From Bacteroidales bacterium (GTDB lineage: Bacteria > Bacteroidota > Bacteroidia > Bacteroidales > GWA2-32-17), in NCBI GenBank assembly GCA_013314715.1, contig JABUFC010000002.1:24484-88483 (forward strand): a DNA stretch of 64,000 nucleotides. The letters are read 5' to 3'. Position numbers and translations under genes: made by a program. This document shows positions 1 to 9,652 of the stretch, piece by piece. How positions within the stretch are numbered: the first letter of the stretch is position 1; each line of letters starts with the position of its first letter. The notes beneath the pieces were generated by a model. It saw only the letters and a list, made by a program, of their open reading frames with translations, searched no databases and was not told the origin of the DNA.

Positions 1-90
1 ATAGCCAATCGCGTTAATAAAACTTTTTCTAAAGATTATAAACCTAAGGTTGAGGCACTCATTAAATATACCTTAGATAAATTAACAGAA
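1..90 (+). CDS. 3' end of an unidentified CDS running in from upstream of the window
   Basis: Frame 1 is open from base 1 to TAA at 88-90 (…IKYTLDKLTE*). The next gene's ATG follows 7 nt later, which is typical operon spacing. Only 29 codons are visible, so the evidence is weak. Confidence 0.3.
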
Positions 91-96
91 TAATTA

Positions 97-963
97 ATGA
101 CATCCGAACTCGAAGCAAAAATAAAATTATTAGACGATCCCGACGATTCCATTTTTAAGGCTGTTCGGAAAAGTCTAATTGATGAAGGGAAAAATATTTT
201 AACAAATTTAGAAGAAACATGGAGTAAAAATCTAAATCCCATTGTTCAAGAACGAATAGAGGATATTATTAAAACAATACAGTTTAATGATATTCAACAA
301 GAACTTACCCAGTGGAAAAATAGCAATGGTATTGACTTAGCTTATGGTGCTTATATAGTTGCCAAATATTTATACTATGAGCTTAAATGGGAAGACATTG
401 AAAATAAAATTGAAACTATTCGAAAAGATGTTTGGCTAGAACTGAATCAAGAGCTTACAGCACTCGAAAAAGTTCGAATTTTAAATCATATTCTTTATGA
501 TATTCATCAATTCAATGCTAATGTATCTAATATCAACTCGCCACAATATTATTATATAAATAATGCATTCGAAACCAAAAAAGCTCACCCCATTACAATT
601 GCTATAATTTACATAAGTATTGCCCAACGTCTAAACCTTCCTATTTTTGGTGTTGATTTACCTAAAAATTTTGTAGCCGGTTATGTCGATCAACTTTCTG
701 CTTTTGAAGCTTTTGGCGAAAATATTGATACACCCGTGCTTTTTTATATCAATCCGTTCAATAAAGGTTGGGTGTTTTCTAGAAAAGAAATAGATATATT
801 TTTAAAACAAGCTAAAATTGAGCCTCAAGCCTCTTTTTATTCGCCTTGCCATAACATTAAAGTCATTGAACGACTTATTACCAATTTATTAATTACATAC
901 GAACAAATGGGTTATAACGAAAAAGCAAATGAATTAAGTTCACTTCTAAAAATATTGATGTAA
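97..963 (+). CDS. Transglutaminase-like / SirB1-family protein
   Basis: 288-aa ORF. The central region (HPITIAIIYISIAQRLNLPIFGVDLPKNFV) and the helical C-terminus resemble the SirB1/YchA transglutaminase-like family. Recognised by eye only. Confidence 0.5.
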   Translation: MTSELEAKIKLLDDPDDSIFKAVRKSLIDEGKNILTNLEETWSKNLNPIVQERIEDIIKTIQFNDIQQELTQWKNSNGIDLAYGAYIVAKYLYYELKWEDIENKIETIRKDVWLELNQELTALEKVRILNHILYDIHQFNANVSNINSPQYYYINNAFETKKAHPITIAIIYISIAQRLNLPIFGVDLPKNFVAGYVDQLSAFEAFGENIDTPVLFYINPFNKGWVFSRKEIDIFLKQAKIEPQASFYSPCHNIKVIERLITNLLITYEQMGYNEKANELSSLLKILM

Positions 964-965
964 TT

Positions 966-1421
966 ATGGAAAAAGCGAAACGTTACGAACATATTTATCA
1001 ACAATGTGTTGAATTGGTAAAACCTGAAAATGATTTTATTTCGAAATTGGCAACCATTGTATCCCTCCTGCATCATAAAATGGACGGATTTTTTTGGACA
1101 GGTTTTTATTTACTTAATCCTCGAGGTGAGCTTTGGGTAGGACCCTATCAGGGACCTGTTGCTTGCCAAAAGCTTGCACGCCCCAATGGTGTTTGCTGGG
1201 CTGCTATTATTCAACAAAAATCGATTATTGTACCCAATGTGCATGAATTTCCTGGACATATAGCTTGCGATAGTCGCTCCAATTCAGAAATAGCAATACC
1301 TTTAATAACTAAAGAGAATAAAACCATCGGAGTACTTGATGTAGATAGCAAAAACTTTAGTCAATTTGATGAAATAGACGCCGAATGGTTAAATAAAATA
1401 TGTTTATTAATTCACATTTAA
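966..1421 (+). CDS. msrC: GAF-domain free methionine-(R)-sulfoxide reductase-like protein
   Basis: 151 aa. WTGFYLL…WVGPYQGPVACQKL…GVCWAA…FPGHIACDSRSNSEIAIPL…IGVLDVDS matches the YebR/fRMsr GAF family pattern, including the conserved Cys residues. Confidence 0.7.
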   Translation: MEKAKRYEHIYQQCVELVKPENDFISKLATIVSLLHHKMDGFFWTGFYLLNPRGELWVGPYQGPVACQKLARPNGVCWAAIIQQKSIIVPNVHEFPGHIACDSRSNSEIAIPLITKENKTIGVLDVDSKNFSQFDEIDAEWLNKICLLIHI

Positions 1422-2095
1422 ACCGATTCTATTAGTTTTAGTTTTTTATCGGCACATAAGTACATAGTATGTTTGTATTTGTCAACCATGGTATAATTAT
1501 GTGTTGCCATAATTACAGTAGTACCATCTGAAGCAATCGATTCTAACAATTTTAAAACAAGCTCCGAATTTTGAGGGTCGAGATTACCGGTTGGTTCATC
1601 GGCAAGTATAAGCTCGGGTCTGTTTAATAATGCACGAGCAATAACTATGCGTTGCTGCTCACCTCCCGATAATTCATGAGGCATTCGCTTAAGCTTATCG
1701 AGCATTCCAACACGTTCCAATACTTCGCCTATTCGCATTTCAATTTGCTCTTTTTTCCATCCCGTAGCACGCAAAACAAATTTTAAATTTTGATACACAT
1801 TTCTATCTGTAAGAAGCTGAAAATCTTGAAATACTACTCCAATTTTTCGACGTAAATATGGAATCTGGCGTTGTTTTAATTTAAGTAAATTATAGCCACC
1901 AACCATTGCAATGTTACCTTGTAAAGGTAAATCGGCATATATTGTCTTTAAAAAGGATGATTTACCACTCCCCACTTCACCCAATAAATAAATAAAATCA
2001 CCTTTATTAAGCGTAAGCGTTACTTCCGATAAAATTAAATCATCCTGTTGATAAATGCTTACATTATCATATTGTAAAACAATGTTATCGTTCAT
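1418..2095 (-). CDS. ftsE: Cell-division ABC ATPase FtsE-like
   Basis: 225 aa. Walker [13 protein letters not shown] signature LSGGEQQR and Walker [13 protein letters not shown]. Size and layout are typical of FtsE. Confidence 0.75.
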   Translation of the reverse strand: MNDNIVLQYDNVSIYQQDDLILSEVTLTLNKGDFIYLLGEVGSGKSSFLKTIYADLPLQGNIAMVGGYNLLKLKQRQIPYLRRKIGVVFQDFQLLTDRNVYQNLKFVLRATGWKKEQIEMRIGEVLERVGMLDKLKRMPHELSGGEQQRIVIARALLNRPELILADEPTGNLDPQNSELVLKLLESIASDGTTVIMATHNYTMVDKYKHTMYLCADKKLKLIESV

Positions 2096-2250
2096 TTTTT
2101 TTCTACAAAGAAAATTAAAAAATGTATAACAAAACCATATTTATACTAGTTAGTAATCAACAAAAGATTGTTAATTAAAATATTAAGTTGTGCAAATTCA
2201 TTTTTTTAAATAAGCTTATTTTAGCAACAATGTAAATTAAGAAAAATGCT

Positions 2251-5200
2251 ATGCATAAAAATTATTTAATTAGCCTAATAATCAGCGTGTTGATATTATC
2301 TTCTTTTTTTAGTATTGCACAGCGAACACAAGTTTTTAACGACAATCATATCAACTATAAACAAGCTCTCAATTATTTTGACGAAGAAAAATATAGTGTT
2401 TCTCAATATTTTTTTGAAAAATATAAAAAGGCTACTTCAAAAGTTGAGCTTTTAGAATCAGATGCTGCATATTATATCGCATTATGTAGTATTGAACTTT
2501 TTAACAAAGATGCCGAAAAAAACTTACTCGATTATTTATCGCAATACCAAGAAAATGCTAGAACTCTTTATGCTCAATATCAAATGGGTATTTTTAAATA
2601 TAGAGAAAAAAAATTCAAAAAAGCTATTCCTTGGTTCGAAAAAGTTAATCCCGCATTATTATCGAAAGACGAACAAGCGGAATATTACTTTAAGTTAGGT
2701 TATAGTTATTTTGTAAATAACGAATATAATAAAGCAGAAAAAGCATTTTACGAAATTAAAGACATACCGAACACCTACCACACCCCTGCTTTATATTTCT
2801 ATTCGCATATTGCTTACACCAAAAAAAATTACGAAACAGCTTTAAATGGTTTTGATAAATTAAAAAATGATGAACTTTTTTCTCCCATAGTTCCATATTA
2901 CATTACACAAATATACTATTTACAAGAAAAATATGATAAAGTTATAAGCTACGCTCCTACTTATCTCGATTCTGCTAATACTCGAAGAGGTCCCGAAATT
3001 GCTAGAATTATAGGCGAATCATTTTATAAAACACAACGATTTAAAGAAGCTATACCATATCTAGAAAAGTATGCTACTGCAATACCCCTTACTCGAGGCG
3101 ACATGTATGAACTTTCATATGCTTATTATAAAACGGGTTATGTTCCAAAAGCAGCTAATTTATTAGAAAAAATTGTAATTCAAGACGATACTTTATCTCA
3201 ACAAACACTTTATTTACTTGCCGATTGCTATTTATACGACGGTTTAAAAAATAATGCACGTATGGCATTAGAAAAAGCATATAAAATGCCTTACATACCC
3301 GAAATTCAGGAAGAAGCACTATTACATTATGCAAAACTATGTTTTGAACTTTCGTATAGTCCTTTTAACGAAGCAATTAAAGCCTTTCAAGAATTTATTT
3401 CGAAATATCCCAATTCTTCCCGAATTGATGAAGCCTATGCCAGTTTAAGTAAGGCGTATTTGTTTTCTAAAAACTACAAAGAAGCAATTGAAGCATTAGA
3501 AAATATCCAACATATCACTCCAGAAATAGAAGAAGCATATCAAAGAGCTTGTTTTTATAGAGCATTAGAATTATTTACAAATATGGAGTTTGAACAAGCT
3601 ATCATACATTTCGATAAATCGTTAAACAACGCAAAATATAATAAAATTTATACGGCACAAGCAATTTTTTGGAAAGGTGAAGCCTATTATAGGTTAAAAG
3701 ATTATAAATCTGCACTTAAACAGTTTAATAAATTTTTAACAACACCCGGTGCTTTCGAAACCGATATTTTTGCATTAGCTCATTATAACATCGCTTACTG
3801 CTACTTAAAAGAAAACAACTATAACGAAGCTCAACTTTGGTTTAGAAAATATATCGAAAATGAAACAAATAAAGAACTAGCACAAGTATATGATGCTTAT
3901 ACTCGTATTGGCGATAGTTTCTTTGTTTTACGTCGATACGAAGACGCTATCGATTATTACTCAAAAGCAATCGTCGCAAAAAAGGCTTCGCCCGATTATG
4001 CTCTTTACCAAAAAGCAATTTGCTTGGGACTAATTAAAAACTATAACGAAAAAATTATTGCACTAAATAATTTACTTAACGATTATCCATCGTCGCCTTA
4101 TATTGATGATGCCATATACGAATTAGGTGTAAGTTATACCAATATAGAAGAAAACGATATGGCCATCAACACATTAACTAAACTTATAAATGAATATCCA
4201 AAAAGCGATATGGTTCGTCGTGCCTATCTTCAATTAGGGCTCATTTATTTTAACATCGACAAAAACGATGACGCTATTACGATGTACAAACAAGTTATTG
4301 AAAATTACCCCAATACTCAAGAATACAAAGATGCGTTTGTTGGATTAAAGAATGTTTATTTAGAACTTAACGACATAAATTCTTACTACGCTTATGTAAA
4401 CGAAAAAGGCAAAGGAATAAATATTAGTAGCACCGAAAAAGATTCACTTACCTATTCTGTTGCCGAAAAAGTATATATGAATGGCGATTGCAATAAAGCT
4501 ACAACCTTACTAAACGATTATATTAACAAATTTCCCAAAGGCATGTTTATTATAAATGCTCATTATTATCAAGCCGAATGTTTGTTTAATAATAAAAATA
4601 TTGACGATGCTTTTAATCATTATTTAGCTGTTGTAAATGCACCCAAAAATATATTTACAGAACCATCGTTATTCAAAGTAGCCAATTATCATTATTCAAA
4701 ACAACATTATCCCGAAGCTATACCCTATTATAGCCAATTGCTTGAAATAGCTCAATATCCTCAAAATGCTTTTGCAGCTAAAACAGGACTTATGCGTTGT
4801 TCTTTTCAATTAGCCAAATACGATGATGCCAACCGCTTTGCTATCGAAGTTTTAAAAGAAGGAAAATTATCGGATGAAATCTATCGCGAAGCACATTTTA
4901 TTATTGGTAAAATTGCATATATTCAAAACAAATTAGAACAAGCATTAGACGAATTTATACTTATTGCCAAGAATTGTAAAAGCAAAGAAGAAGCTGAAGC
5001 CAAATTTCTTATTATAGATATTTACTTTAAACAAAATAAATTCGATGCTGCCGAAAAAGAAGTCTACGATTTTGTAAAGAAAAATACACCTCACCAGTAT
5101 TGGTTAGCCAAATCGTTTCTTATTTTAGCTGATATTTATATAGCTAAAAACGATAATTTTCAAGCAAAAGCTACATTACAAAGTATTATTGACAATTACA

Positions 5201-5334
5201 AAAACACCGAAGATGGTATTTTAAATGAAGCCAACATACGAATGCAAAGCATCATCGAAAAAGAAAAAGCAGCACTAATACCACAAAATCAAGAAATTAT
5301 TAATAATGAAAACATACCAAACGAAAATGAATAA
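2251..5334 (+). CDS. Large secreted tetratricopeptide-repeat protein
   Basis: 1027 aa. It has an N-terminal signal peptide (…SSFFSIAQ), followed by TPR-like A/Y/F-rich helical repeats along the whole length. Confidence 0.7.
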   Translation: MHKNYLISLIISVLILSSFFSIAQRTQVFNDNHINYKQALNYFDEEKYSVSQYFFEKYKKATSKVELLESDAAYYIALCSIELFNKDAEKNLLDYLSQYQENARTLYAQYQMGIFKYREKKFKKAIPWFEKVNPALLSKDEQAEYYFKLGYSYFVNNEYNKAEKAFYEIKDIPNTYHTPALYFYSHIAYTKKNYETALNGFDKLKNDELFSPIVPYYITQIYYLQEKYDKVISYAPTYLDSANTRRGPEIARIIGESFYKTQRFKEAIPYLEKYATAIPLTRGDMYELSYAYYKTGYVPKAANLLEKIVIQDDTLSQQTLYLLADCYLYDGLKNNARMALEKAYKMPYIPEIQEEALLHYAKLCFELSYSPFNEAIKAFQEFISKYPNSSRIDEAYASLSKAYLFSKNYKEAIEALENIQHITPEIEEAYQRACFYRALELFTNMEFEQAIIHFDKSLNNAKYNKIYTAQAIFWKGEAYYRLKDYKSALKQFNKFLTTPGAFETDIFALAHYNIAYCYLKENNYNEAQLWFRKYIENETNKELAQVYDAYTRIGDSFFVLRRYEDAIDYYSKAIVAKKASPDYALYQKAICLGLIKNYNEKIIALNNLLNDYPSSPYIDDAIYELGVSYTNIEENDMAINTLTKLINEYPKSDMVRRAYLQLGLIYFNIDKNDDAITMYKQVIENYPNTQEYKDAFVGLKNVYLELNDINSYYAYVNEKGKGINISSTEKDSLTYSVAEKVYMNGDCNKATTLLNDYINKFPKGMFIINAHYYQAECLFNNKNIDDAFNHYLAVVNAPKNIFTEPSLFKVANYHYSKQHYPEAIPYYSQLLEIAQYPQNAFAAKTGLMRCSFQLAKYDDANRFAIEVLKEGKLSDEIYREAHFIIGKIAYIQNKLEQALDEFILIAKNCKSKEEAEAKFLIIDIYFKQNKFDAAEKEVYDFVKKNTPHQYWLAKSFLILADIYIAKNDNFQAKATLQSIIDNYKNTEDGILNEANIRMQSIIEKEKAALIPQNQEIINNENIPNENE

Positions 5335-5338
5335 TTCT

Positions 5339-7015
5339 ATGATAAAAAAACTGAGTCTTATTTCGTTCGGACTTTTAGCTACTTTTTGGCTAAACGCCCA
5401 AAATAGTAATTTAAATCAGGAGGTATCGGTTGTAAAACCATATGAACCAACTGTAGGCGATGCATTCAAAATAAATCAAATGCCGAATATTGTTGATACC
5501 AATAAAATGCTCAATAAATTTGAATACAAATTATTTCCTAAACAATATCCCGTTGTTTTCAACGTAACTCCTATTCAACCAGCAAAAATGATTGCCGAAC
5601 CTATTCCCATGTTATACAAAACAAATATTAAATTTGGATATGGAATATATAACACCATTTTAGGACAAGTTACTGTTAACACCACTCGTTCTAAAGACTA
5701 CTCAGCTGGTTTATATCTTAATCATTATTCTTCACGTGGTCATATTAAACTCGACAACGATTTCAAATCACCTGCATTTTTTAGTCAAAACCAAGCCGAA
5801 ATTTATGGAAAAAAGTTTTTAGAAAATGTTACTTTATTTGGTAATGGTTATTTTAATCGAACCGTACTTCATCATTATGGATACAGAACTTCGCCCGATA
5901 GCTTAATACATTATCAATATAACGCCGATAGCACAAAACAATATTATGTAACTTTTGGAACTCGATTAGGCTATAAAACAACCTATTTAGATTCTACAAA
6001 AATCAATCATCAAGTAGAAATAAACTACAATTACCTTGAAGATAAATTTTCAAATTTTCAACACAATATTCTTTTTATTGGCTCAGGTAGTTTTTTATAT
6101 CAACATAAATTTGTTGGAACCGATATTAACATCAATTGGAATAACATAAACACACAAATAGATACCAACAACAACGCCCTTATTTCTATATTCCCTTGGG
6201 TTCGTTTCTTTGGTGAAACATGGCGTATTAACTGTGGCTTAGCCATGGAAGTCGATGCTCATACCGATAGCGCCCTATTTCATTTTTATCCACGTGCAAA
6301 CATTCAATATAATGTAATTGAAAATTTTCTTATTCCTTTTGCAGGCTTTGATGGAAAAATGATAATGAACAATCTTCAAACTACATACAAACTCAATCCA
6401 TATATTAAACCTGGCTTACCTATGAAAAATACCAATCAACTTATGAAAATTTTTGCAGGTTTTAAAGGTAATTTCAGTCGTCAAATATCCTATCTCTTTC
6501 AAATTAACTATAGTTTATACGACGATTTACCTTTCTTTATTAACGATACTACTTTACCCGAACATCATTTTATTTACATCTACGATGGTGTTAAAGGAAA
6601 AGAAACTCAAGAAGTTAAATTTAATGGCGAATTAGCCTACAAACTCAATCAAAAACTTAATATTATTTTAGCAGGAAACTATTATAAATATACCCTCGAA
6701 CATTTAAACAAACCTTACCATAAACCAGAATGGGATATAATTTTTACTACTCGCTATAACTTGCGAAATAAAATAATTACACAGTTAGACATTTTCTCTG
6801 TTGGAACTCGATATGCATACGATAAACGAATACCCAATAACCCTATTAAACTATCGCCTATTTTAGATGTAAATCTTTCTTTAGATTATCATTATTCTAA
6901 ATTATTGGGTGCTTTTCTGCATATCAACAATATCCTAAACAAAAATTATTACTATTGGAATTATTATCCTGTACAACGTATGCAAGTTTTATTTGGCATT
7001 TCATTAACTATGTAA
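5339..7015 (+). CDS. Putative outer-membrane beta-barrel ('putative porin'-like) protein
   Basis: The ORF is open from 5306. The ATG at 5339 gives a clean signal peptide (MIKKLSLISFGLLATFWLNAQ); 5327 is an alternative start. Alternating aromatic/polar beta-strand patterns run to the C-terminus. It overlaps or abuts the stop of the TPR gene. Confidence 0.5.
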   Translation: MIKKLSLISFGLLATFWLNAQNSNLNQEVSVVKPYEPTVGDAFKINQMPNIVDTNKMLNKFEYKLFPKQYPVVFNVTPIQPAKMIAEPIPMLYKTNIKFGYGIYNTILGQVTVNTTRSKDYSAGLYLNHYSSRGHIKLDNDFKSPAFFSQNQAEIYGKKFLENVTLFGNGYFNRTVLHHYGYRTSPDSLIHYQYNADSTKQYYVTFGTRLGYKTTYLDSTKINHQVEINYNYLEDKFSNFQHNILFIGSGSFLYQHKFVGTDININWNNINTQIDTNNNALISIFPWVRFFGETWRINCGLAMEVDAHTDSALFHFYPRANIQYNVIENFLIPFAGFDGKMIMNNLQTTYKLNPYIKPGLPMKNTNQLMKIFAGFKGNFSRQISYLFQINYSLYDDLPFFINDTTLPEHHFIYIYDGVKGKETQEVKFNGELAYKLNQKLNIILAGNYYKYTLEHLNKPYHKPEWDIIFTTRYNLRNKIITQLDIFSVGTRYAYDKRIPNNPIKLSPILDVNLSLDYHYSKLLGAFLHINNILNKNYYYWNYYPVQRMQVLFGISLTM

Positions 7016-7033
7016 ATATAAAATACATACCTC

Positions 7034-7164
7034 GAAACCTTTGCAAAACTAAAATAAAACAACAGTATTCGTTAATGCAATTAAAAAATCAATCTTTTTT
7101 TCAATAATTTATAGATTGCTTCTCTACGTTTTTAATGATGAAAAAGGAGTTTTGCAAAGGTTTC
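7034..7164. repeat. Perfect 17-bp inverted repeat flanking a 97-nt AT-rich spacer
   Basis: GAAACCTTTGCAAAACT at 7034-7050 and AGTTTTGCAAAGGTTTC at 7148-7164 were read directly. A third partial copy, AGTTTTGCAAAAG, starts at 7369. Confidence 0.8.
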
Positions 7165-7180
7165 TTTTGGAGTATTTTTA

Positions 7181-7370
7181 ACCTAAGTAGGATGAATAAA
7201 CAAATTCAATTAGACTAATAAAAATATTTTTAGAAGAATATAACCTACACCCACTGTCATACCAAGCCCGTCGAGGTATAACCATACGCAAAACTAAATG
7301 AGCATTGGGGTTCATTCTTCGACAAGCTCAGAATGACGGCAAAAAGGTTGGACTCGACCAAAAAAAGAAG
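7181..7370 (+). repeat. REP/BIME-like composite intergenic repeat, copy A
   Basis: It aligns by eye over ~190 bp with the reverse complement of 50403-50603. It contains two oppositely oriented hairpin modules: 7256-7282 (GTCATACC-aagcccgtcga-GGTATAAC) and 7312-7336 (TCATTCT-tcgacaagctc-AGAATGA). Confidence 0.8.
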
Positions 7371-7465
7371 TTTTGCAAAAGTCTTACCTTTTACATATTT
7401 CAACATCTAAGATTGTTATTCAAATTAGAATTAAATATCTAATTGGGGATAAATAATTTTTCGAT

Positions 7466-7473
7466 TAACTTTG
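7466..7473 (+). promoter_or_regulatory. Bacteroidota-type -7 promoter box (TAACTTTG)
   Basis: It matches TAnnTTTG and lies 25 nt upstream of the ATG at 7498. It covers the TTG start proposed by the ORF track, which argues for the downstream ATG. Confidence 0.45.
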
Positions 7474-7497
7474 CCCAAATCAATAAAACAAAATTTT

Positions 7498-9642
7498 ATG
7501 CGTAAGTTATTTCTTTTTATTATTTCGTTTTTGCTAGTATTCAACCTCATGGCCGACGAGGGCATGTGGCTGCTTACCATGTTGAATAAAAAGTACAGCG
7601 ATTTACAAAAAGCTGGTTTAAAACTCTCGGCTGATGATATTTACAATGTAAATCGTTCATCGTTAAAAGATGCTATCGTGCAATTTGGTAATGGTTGTAC
7701 GGGCGAAGTCATCTCTAAAAATGGTTTGATTCTCACCAATCATCATTGTGGCTATGGTCAAATTCAATATCATAGCACCGTTGAACACGATTACCTATCC
7801 GATGGTTTCTGGGCTAAGAGCTACGACGAAGAATTGCCCAACCCAGGACTTAGTGTTAGCTTTTTAGTACGTGTCGAAGACGTTACTTCGCAAGTATTAA
7901 AAGATATACCGGCTAATATTTCTGAATCTGAACGTGATGCCAAAATACAAGAAGCCTCTAAGCCTATCATTGCTAATGCTACTAAAGATAATGGTTATAA
8001 AGCCATCGTTCGCGATTTTTTTGGTGGAAACCAATATTTGTTACTTGTTTACGAAGTCTTTAATGATGTTCGTTTAGTGGGTGCGCCTCCTTCGTCCATT
8101 GGCAAATTTGGTGGCGATACCGATAACTGGATGTGGCCTCGTCATACCGGCGATTTCTCAATGTTTCGTGTTTATGCCGATAAAAATAATAAGCCAACTA
8201 AATATGCTAAAGATAATAAACCCTATACCCCAAAACATTCATTACCTGTATCATTAGGAGGCGTTCATCAAAACGACTATGTTATGATACTGGGCTACCC
8301 CGGAAGAACAAACCGATATATGACTTCTTATGGCGTAGAAGAAGCTATTGACCGCATAAACCCAACTATCGTTAAGATTCGCGATAAAAAGTTAGCACTA
8401 TACCGCGAAGATATGAATAAAGATGCTAAAATACGAATTCAATATGCCTCAAAATATGCTCGTACGTCAAATTATTGGAAATATTATATCGGACAAACTA
8501 AAGGGCTGAAACGCTTACGTGTTGTAGATACAAAACGTCAACAAGAACAAGCTTTTATGAATTGGGTTAATCAATCGCCCGATCGGATTGCAAAATACGG
8601 AAACGTTATGAAAATGTATCAAGAAGCTTATACTAATTTAAAAGAATACAATTTATTTAAAACCTACTTAAGCGAAGCCGGTATCCGTGGAATAGATATC
8701 CTAGGCTTCGCTAATCGTTTTACTACTTTATATAAAGTACTCGAAACCGACACACTTGCTAAAGAAAAGAAAGACAAACTTATGGAGCGAATGAAAGCTG
8801 AAACCGAAGATTATTACAAAGATTTTAATGCTCCTACCGATCAAAAAGTACTTGCTGCATTATTGGCCATGTTTGCTCAAGATATTCCTGAAAAATATTT
8901 ACCAACAGAATTAATTAAAATTAAAAAGAACTATAAAGGAAATTTTGAGAAATATGCCAAAGAAGCATTCGAAGTAAGTATATTTAGAAACAAAGAATCG
9001 GTTCTCGCTTATTTATCAAATCCAAACTATAAAAAATTAGACAAAGACCCCATTTTTTCACTGACTTATTCGATGGTTGGTGCTGGTAAAAAGTTTGATG
9101 CAGAATTTCAAAAAGATAAAGATAATTTAATCAAAGCCGAACGATTATATATTGCCGGTCTTATGGAAATGTATCCCGATAAAGTTTTTGCTCCCGATGC
9201 TAATTTTACCATGCGTTTAACTTTTGGACATGTTCTACCCTATTATCCAGCCGATGGGATTTTTTATGATTATTACACCACCCTTGATGGAATTATGCAA
9301 AAAGAAGATCCTACTAGCGACGAGTTTAAAGTTCCAGCTAAATTAAAAGAATTATGGAAAAACAAAGACTATGGTCCCTATGCCGAAAATGGTGTATTAC
9401 GTACTTGTTTTTTAAGTAATACCGATATTACAGGCGGAAATTCAGGCAGTCCCGTTATTAATGCCAAAGGCGAACTTGTGGGACTTGCATTCGATGGAAA
9501 CTGGGAAGCTATGAGCGGCGATATTGCTTTTGAACCCGATTTACAAAGAACAATTTCTGTTGATATTCGATATGTAATGTTTATCATTGATAAATTTGCT
9601 GAAGCTAAAAATATTATTAAAGAAATCGAATTTGTAAGATAA
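7498..9642 (+). CDS. S46-family dipeptidyl-peptidase (DPP7/DPP11-like)
   Basis: A signal peptide is followed by the hallmark ADEGMWLL N-terminus. Catalytic His is in LTNHHCG and catalytic Ser in TGGNSGSPV. Start chosen at the ATG after the -7 box. Confidence 0.85.
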   Translation: MRKLFLFIISFLLVFNLMADEGMWLLTMLNKKYSDLQKAGLKLSADDIYNVNRSSLKDAIVQFGNGCTGEVISKNGLILTNHHCGYGQIQYHSTVEHDYLSDGFWAKSYDEELPNPGLSVSFLVRVEDVTSQVLKDIPANISESERDAKIQEASKPIIANATKDNGYKAIVRDFFGGNQYLLLVYEVFNDVRLVGAPPSSIGKFGGDTDNWMWPRHTGDFSMFRVYADKNNKPTKYAKDNKPYTPKHSLPVSLGGVHQNDYVMILGYPGRTNRYMTSYGVEEAIDRINPTIVKIRDKKLALYREDMNKDAKIRIQYASKYARTSNYWKYYIGQTKGLKRLRVVDTKRQQEQAFMNWVNQSPDRIAKYGNVMKMYQEAYTNLKEYNLFKTYLSEAGIRGIDILGFANRFTTLYKVLETDTLAKEKKDKLMERMKAETEDYYKDFNAPTDQKVLAALLAMFAQDIPEKYLPTELIKIKKNYKGNFEKYAKEAFEVSIFRNKESVLAYLSNPNYKKLDKDPIFSLTYSMVGAGKKFDAEFQKDKDNLIKAERLYIAGLMEMYPDKVFAPDANFTMRLTFGHVLPYYPADGIFYDYYTTLDGIMQKEDPTSDEFKVPAKLKELWKNKDYGPYAENGVLRTCFLSNTDITGGNSGSPVINAKGELVGLAFDGNWEAMSGDIAFEPDLQRTISVDIRYVMFIIDKFAEAKNIIKEIEFVR

Positions 9643-9652
9643 AAAGTTCTTA

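Noticed and set aside
1418-2095. ftsE without an adjacent ftsX.
   Set aside because: As far as I recall, separation of ftsE from ftsX is common in Bacteroidota. The gene is intact with all ABC motifs, so this is not evidence of anything unusual.
7471-7497. N-terminal extensions proposed by the ORF track for several genes: 7471 and 44792 (both TTG starts), and 11976, 15923, 17536, 27991, 49680 and 54727.
   Set aside because: In each case an internal ATG gives a canonical signal peptide or the conserved family N-terminus. For 7471, 44792, 17536 and 27991, a TAnnTTTG -7 box lies inside or downstream of the extension. The 54727 start would also overlap the upstream DUF349 gene by ~100 nt.
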